The notes under the pieces are model-generated. The model saw nothing but the letters and a program-made list of their open reading frames with translations, had not been told where the DNA came from and ran no database searches. A stretch of DNA of 32,000 bases from Pseudomonas sp. PDM15. Its GTDB lineage: Bacteria; Pseudomonadota; Gammaproteobacteria; Pseudomonadales; Pseudomonadaceae. Positions within the stretch are counted from its first letter, which is position 1. Every line of letters begins with the position of its first letter. Location of the stretch: NCBI RefSeq assembly GCF_014851565.1, contig NZ_JACVAA010000009.1, positions 50,333 to 82,332 of the forward strand. Direction: 5' to 3'. The position numbers were made by a program, and so were the translations under genes. Below, piece by piece: positions 1-7,557 of this stretch.

Positions 1-240
1 GACCGAGCCGGCATGAAATTCGTTGGTAGCTCGGACTTCATAGCTCTCGCCATCCTTGAGTGTCACAACGTAGTCCTGCCACATGTTCGGGTTGTAAACC
101 AAACCACAGCCCCAACTGCATACGTTCGCAGCCGAGCCGTCCGGGCCGACCTTCGGCCCGTGGAAACCCAAGCGACAGCAGAGACCGCGGCGGAAAGCTC
201 CGTAGGCTTTGCGCCCTACAATGCGCTGGAGTAGATACAC
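1..240 (-). CDS. hypothetical Cys-rich protein, first 80 codons only (gene continues past left edge)
   Basis: The minus-strand frame is open from GTG at 240 to position 1; it is absent from the ORF track because no stop is reached. AGGAAA Shine-Dalgarno at 251-246, 5 nt before the GTG. It starts 10 nt after the stop of the co-directional 250..549 gene. Translation MYLLQRIVGRKAYGAFRRGLCCRLGFHGPKVGPDGSAANVCSWGCGLVYNPNMWQDYVVTLKDGESYEVRATNEFHAGSV. No family recognised. Confidence 0.5.
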   Translation of the reverse strand, partial: MYLLQRIVGRKAYGAFRRGLCCRLGFHGPKVGPDGSAANVCSWGCGLVYNPNMWQDYVVTLKDGESYEVRATNEFHAGSV

Positions 241-249
241 CGAGATTTC

Positions 250-549
250 CTAATTGAACAAGAGATGAAGTCCCACGGTGGATACCACCAGGGAGACCAT
301 AATCACGATGACCACCAGCAAGCCACGGAGGCCGTGCGCCCGGAAATCGACACCGCAAGCGCTTGCAATGGCTGCCGCTGTAAAGCCGTATATGATCGCG
401 CTTGCTCGCCCGATATCCCATCCCAGGACGAGCATGGAAAAACCGACCAAGGCAGCTGCGAAAGCGAGAATAAATCCCACCAATGGGAGGTCTGAAAGCC
501 CAGGCTGGCGAAGCTGTACTCCGAAAAGTTTCATCTTGGTTCCTTTCAT
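250..549 (-). CDS. small integral membrane protein (about 3 hydrophobic helices)
   Basis: Taken from track ORF 250..564. Hydrophobic stretches LPLVGFILAFAAALVGFSMLVLGW, AIIYGFTAAAIASA and LLVVIVIMVSLVVSTVGL. Possible starts are ATG 549 (TGATG overlap with the upstream stop) or ATG 534 (AAGGA SD 6 nt upstream). ATG 564 would overlap the upstream gene by 16 nt. Confidence 0.55.
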   Translation of the reverse strand: MKGTKMKLFGVQLRQPGLSDLPLVGFILAFAAALVGFSMLVLGWDIGRASAIIYGFTAAAIASACGVDFRAHGLRGLLVVIVIMVSLVVSTVGLHLLFN

Positions 550-929
550 CAATGGCCGAGCCAAACACGCTTGCCATCAGCCCAGTCGTAGAGCTGGTCC
601 AGCATGCCGTTCAGGTCTTTCAACGGGGTAATCTCCACTTCGCCCACATAGCTGTCGGGCTTCAGTGTCTCCATGCCCTCCACGATGTTGGTCAGATCTT
701 CATCCAAATCGGACGAGTCCCAATCCAACCAGCTCGCCGGCACCTTGCTACGGATCAACGCACCAATGCGGTTGGCAACCAGCGCAGCGTGCTCATTCGA
801 GGTGTTTGCTTGGTCTTCGCGCAAAATCGCCTTGATGTCGATTTTCCGATCCCACACAGGCTGGCCCGCGGCACGACGCGCAGCTGCAACACGGTGGTTC
901 TCGACGATGCTTTCGATTGTGCGAGGCAT
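549..929 (-). CDS. hypothetical protein, 126 aa, acidic C-terminal half
   Basis: ATG 929 is preceded by an AAGGAAG SD. Amino-acid composition looks natural. It is the first gene downstream of promoter/operator 971..999. The antisense ORF 483..974 is judged a shadow. Confidence 0.7.
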   Translation of the reverse strand: MPRTIESIVENHRVAAARRAAGQPVWDRKIDIKAILREDQANTSNEHAALVANRIGALIRSKVPASWLDWDSSDLDEDLTNIVEGMETLKPDSYVGEVEITPLKDLNGMLDQLYDWADGKRVWLGH

Positions 930-970
930 GACTGTCTTCCTTGGGTGAAGCCGCAGGTAGTCTTGAGCCC

Positions 971-999
971 ATAATTAGGCACTTGTGCCTATATGTCAA
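971..999 (-). promoter_or_regulatory. sigma70-like promoter with perfect 16-bp palindromic operator TAGGCACTTGTGCCTA (976..991) in the spacer
   Basis: Read on the minus strand: TTGACA (999-994), a 17-nt spacer almost entirely made of the palindrome, then AATTAT (976-971). It lies 47 bp upstream of ATG 929. The same palindrome recurs at 4651..4666 and, with one central change, at 13622..13637. It is also 174 bp upstream of hipA. Confidence 0.65.
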
Positions 1000-1164
1000 G
1001 CAGCCATCCCCCTGCACAGGGGCATTGGTGGACAGAACCGAGGATTCGTCCACCAATTGGTGAGCACTCTGCCGGCCGCGACGATCACATCAGCGGCCAA
1101 CTCTTCATCTCCGGGATTGTCTCACCTACTCTTCATGGATCAAATTGAAAGGAGCGGGATCATC

Positions 1165-2496
1165 ATGGCCGAACATCTGCAGGTCTGGCGCGGCGCGCAT
1201 CGAGTAGGCGAACTGCTGCTGACCAGTGACAAGCGAACCATGGCCTTCACCTACGCCGATCCCGTTCCTGGGCTGGCCATCTCGAACAGCCTGCCGCTGG
1301 CCGCGAAATCCTTCGACCACTGGGATCTGCGGGCCCATAACTGGTTTGCCAACCTGCTGCCTGAGGAGGGTGCCCGCCAGGCCCTGGCCACACGTCTGGG
1401 TCTCCCCGACACCGACTTTGACCTTCTAGCCACCCTGGCCGGGGATTGCCCGGGCGCCGTGCGCCTCATACCGGACGGGATAGCCCCGGAAGAACCTGCA
1501 GGCCGCCGGCAGATCGACCTCGAAGCCCTCAGGCTATGGGCGAGTGGAAAAGAGCGCTACGCGCTCTACGGCGCCGACAACCTCAGCGACACTCGCCTGA
1601 CGCTCCCCGGCAACCAGGACAAGATCCCCGCGCTCGCGCAGAACGGCAGACTCTACCTGCCCACCGGCAGCCAGGCCTCATCGCACCTGCTGAAGTTCGC
1701 CCCCTGGGGTTCGCTGATCATCAACGAGCTCTACCTGACGCACCTGGCGCGTGCCGCCAGCGTCCCCGCGGCATGGACGCAGGTCGGCCGCACCGATCAG
1801 GGTCTTTACCTCCTGGTGCGCCGCTACGACCGTCAGTACGACGAGGCCGGCAACCTGCAGCGCCTGCATCAGGAGGACCTCTGCCAAGCGCTGGGTCTGT
1901 CCTCCGCCCAGAAGCGCGAGGCCAACTCAGGCCCTTCCCTCGCCGCTTGCGCGGCGCTCCTGCGCGGGATCACCCACCATCCGGATCAGCAGGTCGAGCA
2001 GCTGCTCCAGTGGCAAATGTTCAACGTCCTCACCGGCAACTGCGATGGCCACGCCAAGAACCTCTCGGTGATCCAGGACGCCGGCGGCACCTGGGCGCTC
2101 GCCCCGGCCTATGACCTGATGTGCACCCTACCCTTCACCCATGATCGTCACCTGGCATTCGCCGTAGGCGGCAACCACGACCCGGAAAAGATCACCCCGG
2201 CAGACTGGGAAGCACTAGCCACCGACATGGGGGTAAGTCCACCCCGGGCACTGCGCATGCTCGCCGGCCTCGCCCTGCAGCTGCGCGAGTTGGCCGAAAG
2301 CGACGATTTGCGCGAATCCATGGAAAAGGCCTGGATGGCCGAAGGCGAATGGGACAAGGTGAAACTCGTCCGCCAGCTGGTCTGTCAGCAATGCGATCGG
2401 ACATTGGAAAACCTGGCAGAGGTGGGGGTAAACCCGGGCTTTGATCCAGCGGAACTTGATCAGCAGGTTGGGAGCAACGCAGTCACCTTGGGGTGA
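1165..2496 (+). CDS. hipA: HipA-family serine/threonine kinase (type II toxin), 443 aa
   Basis: Track ORF 985..2496. The start is placed at ATG 1165 (MAEHLQVWRG) behind the GAAAGGAG SD at 1147-1154. HipA hallmarks read by eye: N-terminal coupling region (LPEEGARQAL, AGDCPGAVRL), RLTLPGNQDKIPAL (GAQEK-type loop), HLLKFAP, LLVRRYDR, LHQEDLCQALGL, NCDGHAKNLSV (catalytic DxHxKN) and LAPAYDLMCT. Confidence 0.9.
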   Translation: MAEHLQVWRGAHRVGELLLTSDKRTMAFTYADPVPGLAISNSLPLAAKSFDHWDLRAHNWFANLLPEEGARQALATRLGLPDTDFDLLATLAGDCPGAVRLIPDGIAPEEPAGRRQIDLEALRLWASGKERYALYGADNLSDTRLTLPGNQDKIPALAQNGRLYLPTGSQASSHLLKFAPWGSLIINELYLTHLARAASVPAAWTQVGRTDQGLYLLVRRYDRQYDEAGNLQRLHQEDLCQALGLSSAQKREANSGPSLAACAALLRGITHHPDQQVEQLLQWQMFNVLTGNCDGHAKNLSVIQDAGGTWALAPAYDLMCTLPFTHDRHLAFAVGGNHDPEKITPADWEALATDMGVSPPRALRMLAGLALQLRELAESDDLRESMEKAWMAEGEWDKVKLVRQLVCQQCDRTLENLAEVGVNPGFDPAELDQQVGSNAVTLG

Positions 2497-2617
2497 GGCA
2501 ACCTTGGCCATGGGATGGGGCAAACCCTGCTTGCCGCGTAGCGGCGCGCTCCATGGCCTGGCGCAGCCAGGCAACTAGACATAACACAAAAAATATACGT
2601 GAGCAGGGCCACCCCGG

Positions 2618-3193
2618 TCAGATCTGGCGGGACAACCTCATGCGCCGATTGAAGTCCGCCCATGCCTCGATGTCGACGGGGGCCACCTGAACCTGATCGT
2701 CGTCGGCGAACCAAAATGCATGGCGTTCAGGGCTACCATACATGAAGTGCACCCTGTATCGGCCACCCAACTCCTCGACCTTGACCACCCTCGCCTCCGG
2801 CCAAAGGGCCAGGGCCACCTCACGCGCCTCCAGCAGGGCCACCTCACGCTGCTGGATCTGTTCATCGTGCTTGATCAGGCATTCTTGGGAGCAGTACGCC
2901 TGGTACTCATCGAAGCACGCGTCGGGACCATCATTCGCCGCGGCGCCGCAGCAGGCGCAGGCCACCGGGAGACCGTGCGCAACACGAACTCTCGCCGGGA
3001 CTCTCCGATCCGCTGCGTACTGGTCAGCCCATGGGGCGCGCACACAGCTGGTGACAGCCTCCAATCCAACGCCGGCCGCCTCCGAGAACAGCTCCCGTGC
3101 CTGGCCAGAGGAAATGGCAAAGACCACCTCCTGCAGGCCGGCGGCGGCCACCACGTAGGCGAGGGTCAGCTGCAGAGAGCTAGTGTGCAACAT
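2618..3193 (-). CDS. hypothetical protein with Cys cluster (CACC...YCSQEC), 191 aa
   Basis: Track ORF 2618..3238. The start is placed at ATG 3193 (MLHTSSLQ), a 14-nt overlap with the upstream gene; starts at 3226 and 3238 are possible. It is the last gene of the leftward operon from 4620. C-terminal part YRVHFMYGSPERHAFWFADDDQVQVAPVD looks like real protein. The antisense ORFs 2720..3217 and 2742..3158 are shadows. Confidence 0.6.
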   Translation of the reverse strand: MLHTSSLQLTLAYVVAAAGLQEVVFAISSGQARELFSEAAGVGLEAVTSCVRAPWADQYAADRRVPARVRVAHGLPVACACCGAAANDGPDACFDEYQAYCSQECLIKHDEQIQQREVALLEAREVALALWPEARVVKVEELGGRYRVHFMYGSPERHAFWFADDDQVQVAPVDIEAWADFNRRMRLSRQI

Positions 3194-3614
3194 CGAGCGT
3201 TCCGGGCTGGATATTGAAGGCGACATGCATGTGACCATCTAGCTCACCCTGCATATCACCCAGGAAGCAGATCTTCGAGTTCGCCGGCGCCCGCTTGAGC
3301 GTGGCCTTGATCTTGTTCCGCAGCGGCGTGGGTCCCAGCTTCAGCTCCTGGATGATCAGTGCGTCGTTGCTGCCGAGCGGCAGGTTGGCGAGCGCCTCCA
3401 TCGCGGCCTGACCGACCACCGTCATGTGCGGCTCACCGCCCTTCATCTCACCGCCAGACCAGCAGCAGTAGTATTTCTTCCGGTCGAACTCGACCTGGTA
3501 GACCATGAACTGCATGGACTGCCCGGGACGCAGGCCCATCTGCTCCTGGACGCGCAGCAAAGTGCCGGCCTCAGGCTTGGAACCGGTGATCAGGGTTGAT
3601 TTGAGGGTTGGCAT
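3180..3614 (-). CDS. hypothetical protein, 144 aa
   Basis: ATG 3614 is preceded by an AAGGAA SD. It is co-directional with its neighbours and has natural composition. No family recognised. Confidence 0.7.
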   Translation of the reverse strand: MPTLKSTLITGSKPEAGTLLRVQEQMGLRPGQSMQFMVYQVEFDRKKYYCCWSGGEMKGGEPHMTVVGQAAMEALANLPLGSNDALIIQELKLGPTPLRNKIKATLKRAPANSKICFLGDMQGELDGHMHVAFNIQPGTLDVAH

Positions 3615-3650
3615 ATTCAGTTCCTTGGGGATTTCAGGCCCGGATTGTAC

Positions 3651-4409
3651 TCAAGCCACAGCCTCGATACAGGCATCGTCCTGCACCGAGTAGCGATCTA
3701 CGGCGCTGGGCCGGGCAGTATTGAAGCCGGCTTCAATAGAGTTCTGCTTCGCGATCCAGTAGCTCTCGCGGTCCGTGAGGTAATCGGCTGTCGAGCAACC
3801 CTTCGGAAACTCAATCACCTCAAGCACCGAATACTCCCAGTCGGTCACCGGAGACGACCGCATCGCCTCATGGAATTTGCAGCCTGTCTGGTTCGTCATG
3901 TGCTGCCACCACCGCAGCGTAAACGGCTGGGTTGTTTGCCCCACGTACACTCGCCCAGTCGACCGCTGCCGAATCTGGTAGATCACCGCAGGCAACTTCC
4001 CTTCGTGGGTCAGCCGGAACTCCTGAACCTCACGGGCCTTTCCATCCACAGCACACCGCTGCGAGCAGTAATCAGGACCCTTGTGATCGGCGTGGTGGTC
4101 GTTGTACTTGTCGATCAGCCTGAAGGTGCTACCGCACTCCTTGCATACCGAATCGCGAAACCGCCGAAGGATGTAGTCGTTGCTGGGGTCCACTTCCTGG
4201 ATGTGGAGAAGGTACTCATGCTGCTCAACGTCAGCCCGAAGAACTCGAAGCGGGAACGTCCGGCCGTACTCCTCGTCAATCATCGCTTTGGCAGCCTTGC
4301 GATCAGCTGCCGAAACGAGCCCACTGAACACCGGGGGCCAGGCCCAGGGAGAATCCCCCTCGAACTCAGGCGGCCTGCGGCCTTTGATCTGATAGTAGAA
4401 GTCAGGCAT
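3651..4409 (-). CDS. GIY-YIG nuclease-domain protein with N-terminal domain and zinc ribbon, 252 aa
   Basis: The C-terminal half carries GIY-YIG hallmarks: AVIYQIRQRSTGRVYVGQTTQPFTLRWWQH, then ESYWIAKQNSIEAGFN. The central segment CKECGSTFRLIDKYNDHHADHKGPDYCSQRC is C-X2-C-X22-C-X3-C. The start is 4 nt after the stop of the upstream gene. Confidence 0.8.
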   Translation of the reverse strand: MPDFYYQIKGRRPPEFEGDSPWAWPPVFSGLVSAADRKAAKAMIDEEYGRTFPLRVLRADVEQHEYLLHIQEVDPSNDYILRRFRDSVCKECGSTFRLIDKYNDHHADHKGPDYCSQRCAVDGKAREVQEFRLTHEGKLPAVIYQIRQRSTGRVYVGQTTQPFTLRWWQHMTNQTGCKFHEAMRSSPVTDWEYSVLEVIEFPKGCSTADYLTDRESYWIAKQNSIEAGFNTARPSAVDRYSVQDDACIEAVA

Positions 4410-4413
4410 GGGA

Positions 4414-4620
4414 TCAATTCACGCCCGGCTGCGCATCGGTAAACTCGACGGACGTGACCGCCTGCATGTCGTCGTTGCCAGCCACGCCGACATTGAAGGA
4501 ATTGTCCTTGTAGTAGCGGACGATCTCTTCCTCGGTGCCGTTGATCGCGGTCTCCAGCGTCTTACCGCTCTCGAAAGTCACGCGAACCTCACGCCGGCGC
4601 GACTGCTCAGGTGATCTCAT
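4414..4620 (-). CDS. hypothetical small protein, 68 aa
   Basis: First ORF downstream of promoter/operator 4647..4675 (ATG 4620). It is tightly coupled to the GIY-YIG gene. Confidence 0.55.
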   Translation of the reverse strand: MRSPEQSRRREVRVTFESGKTLETAINGTEEEIVRYYKDNSFNVGVAGNDDMQAVTSVEFTDAQPGVN

Positions 4621-4646
4621 GCTCGTATCCTCATCGCTTTCGAAAC

Positions 4647-4675
4647 AAGATAGGCACTTGTGCCTACCCGGTCAA
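4647..4675 (-). promoter_or_regulatory. sigma70-like promoter with 16-bp palindromic operator TAGGCACTTGTGCCTA (4651..4666) in the spacer
   Basis: Read on the minus strand: TTGACC (4675-4670), a 17-nt spacer (GGG plus 14 nt of the palindrome), then TATCTT (4652-4647). It lies 31 bp upstream of ATG 4620. The palindrome is identical to the one at 976..991. Confidence 0.65.
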
Positions 4676-4681
4676 TCCTTA

Positions 4682-5365
4682 TCAGTGCAACGTCGGCGCG
4701 AGATCTTCCTCGACAGACGGATCCCAAGCCGGTAGCCCTGCCTTGGCACAAGCCGCGATCGACGCGGCCGTACCATTGAAGGTATCTGCCTCGACTTCAT
4801 GCACGCGCAGCGCACCCAGGAAGGAGGCTTTTTGCTGCTCGGTCATGCCGCCCAGCGTCCAGGTCGACACAAACTCTGCAGCCTCTTGTTCGGACGGGAA
4901 CAACACGGCCGCCTCCTGCCCGACAGGATCGAGGCTGCTCCAGAAGGCCAACCCCATTGCCGTGCCCAGGAACACACCATCGGTAGCATGCACAAGCGCA
5001 AAGCCGCTGCGCGGGCCCGGCTCACCGATGACAAGGCCTTCCACCGGCTCGAACCCGAGACTGGCGACACGGTGAGCCACGCCACCGGTAACAACCAGGT
5101 CGCCAACAGACGTGGAACGAGCTCCACCTGCGACGTGCATCACGATGTCAGCCGCTTCGTACCAGGGCATCTCGACCGTGTTGCTCAGGCGGAAAACGTC
5201 AGACAGGCCGGCCGCGCGGATTGAGGCGACATGCGTCAGCTTCCCAGCATCTTTCGCCGCCTGATAGAAGGCCAGAAACTCCTGAGCCGTAGCGCTGGAG
5301 AGAGGCACGTCGCGCCACAGGGATACATCCAGGTGGTACAGCTCGAAAACCTTGATAGCTCTCAT
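4682..5365 (-). CDS. hypothetical protein, 227 aa
   Basis: Long ORF with natural composition. It is co-directional with 5382..6140 and 16 nt downstream of it. No motif recognised. Confidence 0.7.
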   Translation of the reverse strand: MRAIKVFELYHLDVSLWRDVPLSSATAQEFLAFYQAAKDAGKLTHVASIRAAGLSDVFRLSNTVEMPWYEAADIVMHVAGGARSTSVGDLVVTGGVAHRVASLGFEPVEGLVIGEPGPRSGFALVHATDGVFLGTAMGLAFWSSLDPVGQEAAVLFPSEQEAAEFVSTWTLGGMTEQQKASFLGALRVHEVEADTFNGTAASIAACAKAGLPAWDPSVEEDLAPTLH

Positions 5366-5381
5366 TGGGCCGCCCTCGACA

Positions 5382-6140
5382 TTACGGATTCAGTTCGGCC
5401 CACTGGGGCGCGGGTTCGAGAAATTTCGACTGGTTGAAGAAGCCTTCCAAGCTGTGCAACGAGTATTCGGCATCGAACTTGTGATCAACGCCGATCTGCA
5501 GCCGATGGCGGACGGCACGCGCGGTGCGCAGCGTCACCACTTCAAATCGGCCAGCGGGCTCCTTGCCATCCGCGGAGGCAATCAACTCGTCGACGCGAGC
5601 GATCAGCTTTCCATACCCAGCGGCTCGTCCGGCCATCGCTTGCGCTTCCTCGGCGCCGGGGAAAGAGGCGAAGAAACTCACGACGCTCGCCGGCGGCAGG
5701 TTCGGGAACACTTCCACCAGCGCCGCCTGGGCAAGGGCCATCCCGTAACCGCCTTCCTGCTCCGTGCATTCAACCTGCAGCTTGAAGCCATTCAGGGTAC
5801 TCGCGGCTAACAGAAGTGCTCCGTACACCAGGTGGCCATGAGCATGCTCGGTTGAAAATGCTCCTTCATGGCTATCCCGCTGCAGCGCGAACGGGGTGTC
5901 CGACTCGGAATCGACACCGTTGATCCGAACTGCGACGGGCAGGGCGTCAAACGCATCGGCGCCGGCCCCAAGAGGGGGCAGACGCAGAAAGGCGGCGTCA
6001 GCCTCGACCAAGTGGCCATGCTCATCACCAAGGGGAATGGAAGCACTTCGGGAGAGCATCACCGATACAGCCAGGCAGAAAGCTCTCCACTGATCTGGCG
6101 ATACTTCGCTGCCGCGGGACCACCGAAACGATTGCGTCAT
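5382..6140 (-). CDS. hypothetical protein, 252 aa
   Basis: Track ORF 5382..6149 begins at GTG. ATG 6140 is preferred because AGGTGG lies 5 nt upstream. No motif recognised. Confidence 0.7.
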   Translation of the reverse strand: MTQSFRWSRGSEVSPDQWRAFCLAVSVMLSRSASIPLGDEHGHLVEADAAFLRLPPLGAGADAFDALPVAVRINGVDSESDTPFALQRDSHEGAFSTEHAHGHLVYGALLLAASTLNGFKLQVECTEQEGGYGMALAQAALVEVFPNLPPASVVSFFASFPGAEEAQAMAGRAAGYGKLIARVDELIASADGKEPAGRFEVVTLRTARAVRHRLQIGVDHKFDAEYSLHSLEGFFNQSKFLEPAPQWAELNP

Positions 6141-6165
6141 GCCGACCACCTATATTCTTTCAAAA

Positions 6166-6205
6166 TTGTAATACCACAACATGAGGTATATTCTTGAACA
6201 GAATA
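6166..6205 (+). promoter_or_regulatory. candidate rightward promoter with inverted repeat TATTCT-TGAAC-AGAATA over the -10/start region
   Basis: TTGTAA (6166-6171), a 17-nt spacer, then TATTCT (6189-6194). The -10 hexamer is the left arm of the 17-bp inverted repeat 6189..6205. This AT-rich divergent intergenic region lies between 6140 (-) and 6255 (+). TATATTCTT also occurs twice (6151 and 6187). Confidence 0.35.
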
Positions 6206-6254
6206 GCGCCGACCGCCTAAAAGCGAAAGGACGCGTCTTTGCCTGGAGAGAACG

Positions 6255-6728
6255 ATGACCTCGACGCACCTCAGAATGCCCACCCCGACCGCCCTGATGC
6301 TCACCGAAGAGAACGATGGAAAAGTGAGCCTCCACCTTCTTGGGCCCGACACTACCGAAGCCGATATCGCGCAACTGAAAAGCAGCTGCAGCGAATGCTG
6401 CGAGCTCGTAAAGGCTGAAGATATTCTGGAGATGAATCCGGGCGATCTCGCGCAGCGCGCTCGCGCCGAAGCCTTCGCCACCGCGGCCGAGTATCACGAA
6501 GAACTGCGCCGCGGCTACCTGGCGCACGCCGAGAACATCCGGCAAGGAAAGATGGGCGAGCAGGCCTACTCGACCGCCATGGCGGCCGCCGCAAAGCACG
6601 CCGAGTTCGCGGAGGATCTGCGCAAGATTTCCCGCGGCCTGCCGCCGGTTTATGGCTCAACTCAATACAAGCAGGACCTCCTCGCAGGCGCCGCCGGCAA
6701 ACACCCCAACCGAGCCGGCATGGTGTAA
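6255..6728 (+). CDS. hypothetical protein, 157 aa
   Basis: ATG 6255 with a GGAGAG SD. Helical, Ala/Glu-rich composition. It is the first gene of the rightward block. Confidence 0.65.
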   Translation: MTSTHLRMPTPTALMLTEENDGKVSLHLLGPDTTEADIAQLKSSCSECCELVKAEDILEMNPGDLAQRARAEAFATAAEYHEELRRGYLAHAENIRQGKMGEQAYSTAMAAAAKHAEFAEDLRKISRGLPPVYGSTQYKQDLLAGAAGKHPNRAGMV

Positions 6729-6754
6729 CGAGCACACACAAGAGGGCTTCTGCG

Positions 6755-7030
6755 ATGACGGTCGTACGGATCCGCGCAGGCATCACCAAGGTTCGGATCG
6801 ATCCGGAGTCATTGTTCCAGCAGAATCTGATCCGCCGCGAGCTCGGTCAGCCACTTCTACACCGGTGCAGCGTCTGCCACTACTGCGCAGAATGGGGGCC
6901 ATCGTGGATCTGGTACGGCAGCTACCGCGACCATGACGACGGAACCATCGCGAAATTCTGCAGTGCCGAATGCTTCGCAGTCGAACCTGCAGATGCGGTA
7001 CTGCAGCGCTGCCGGCGGCGCCCCACATGA
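6755..7030 (+). CDS. hypothetical zinc-ribbon-like protein, 91 aa
   Basis: ATG 6755 with a GAGGG SD about 9 nt upstream. It contains CSVCHYC...KFCSAEC, the CxxC...FCSxxC signature. Confidence 0.55.
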   Translation: MTVVRIRAGITKVRIDPESLFQQNLIRRELGQPLLHRCSVCHYCAEWGPSWIWYGSYRDHDDGTIAKFCSAECFAVEPADAVLQRCRRRPT

Positions 7031-7082
7031 CAACTTGTCGGCTGGACAGCAGCCGATCTACCAACCTGAAGGAGAGCATGCA

Positions 7083-7445
7083 ATGGCTCGAAGCCTAATG
7101 ATCACCGTCCTGTTGATCGCCATATCTGCACCGGCGATCGCTAGCTCCTACCAGCCGTCTCCCGAGCGCGATGCGCTCACGACGAAGTTCATTGAGTACC
7201 GCTGCAGCGAGGTTCAGAACCCGACCCAGCCCGCCCGGGCCGACAACAACCAGAAGCTGTACTGTCAGTACCTGCTGGAGATGATCGCATCCAAGTGCAG
7301 TGAAACGTCGTGCCCGAGCTATCAAGCCTGGGGCAAAGGGCTCAACCCGCCGATTGATGCCAACTCGAAGGATTTCGATGCGCTTCTGAAGCAGCGCGGG
7401 AAAGAGTTTAGACGCTCGCTTTCTCCGTCCGCGCAGCAGCGCTGA
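7083..7445 (+). CDS. secreted/periplasmic hypothetical protein, 120 aa
   Basis: Track ORF 6933..7445. The start is placed at ATG 7083 behind the GAAGGAGAG SD. The N-terminus MARSLMITVLLIAISAPAIASS reads as a Sec signal peptide (AIA-SS). The mature part has 4 Cys. Confidence 0.7.
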   Translation: MARSLMITVLLIAISAPAIASSYQPSPERDALTTKFIEYRCSEVQNPTQPARADNNQKLYCQYLLEMIASKCSETSCPSYQAWGKGLNPPIDANSKDFDALLKQRGKEFRRSLSPSAQQR

Positions 7446-7497
7446 TTAGCGCCCGACGGGAACCGGCCGGAACCGCTGTGGATATCCGCAACAGTCC

Positions 7498-7527
7498 TTG
7501 CCGAGTTCTGTTAACCAGAACTAAAGT
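7498..7527 (+). promoter_or_regulatory. sigma70-like promoter with 19-bp inverted-repeat operator AGTTCTGTTAACCAGAACT (7504..7522)
   Basis: TTGCCG (7498-7503), an 18-nt spacer filled by the inverted repeat (7-bp arms AGTTCTG/CAGAACT), then TAAAGT (7522-7527). It lies 31 bp upstream of ATG 7558. Related sites are at 20848..20866 and 21155..21173. Confidence 0.55.
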
Positions 7528-7557
7528 AGTTCAAAGAAACCGAATTGGAATTGAACC

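Noticed and set aside
38-577. 179-aa minus-strand ORF spanning the left end
   Set aside because: It is Arg/Gly/Pro-rich, typical of an out-of-frame ORF in GC-rich DNA. It crosses the borders of two better-supported genes (1..240 and 250..549), each of which has its own SD and start.
483-974. 163-aa plus-strand ORF antisense to the 126-aa gene
   Set aside because: It has no SD and would run through the operator/promoter region. The minus-strand gene has a strong SD and more natural composition.
993-1148. 51-codon ORF upstream of hipA as a possible hipB
   Set aside because: The translation (MSSSHPPAQGHWWTEPRIRPPIGEHSAGRDDH...) has no helix-turn-helix character and no SD, and it starts inside the promoter/operator.
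1446-2114. 222-aa Arg/Pro-rich ORF and other alternative-frame ORFs inside hipA
   Set aside because: These are alternative frames of a gene with unambiguous HipA motifs. Their composition is typical of GC-rich shadow frames.
2556-2572. Hairpin GCCTGGC-GCA-GCCAGGC between the convergent hipA and 2618 genes as a terminator
   Set aside because: The 7-bp stem is real, but no U-tract follows it on either strand; the T-run lies on the wrong side for the minus-strand gene. It is not callable as an intrinsic terminator.
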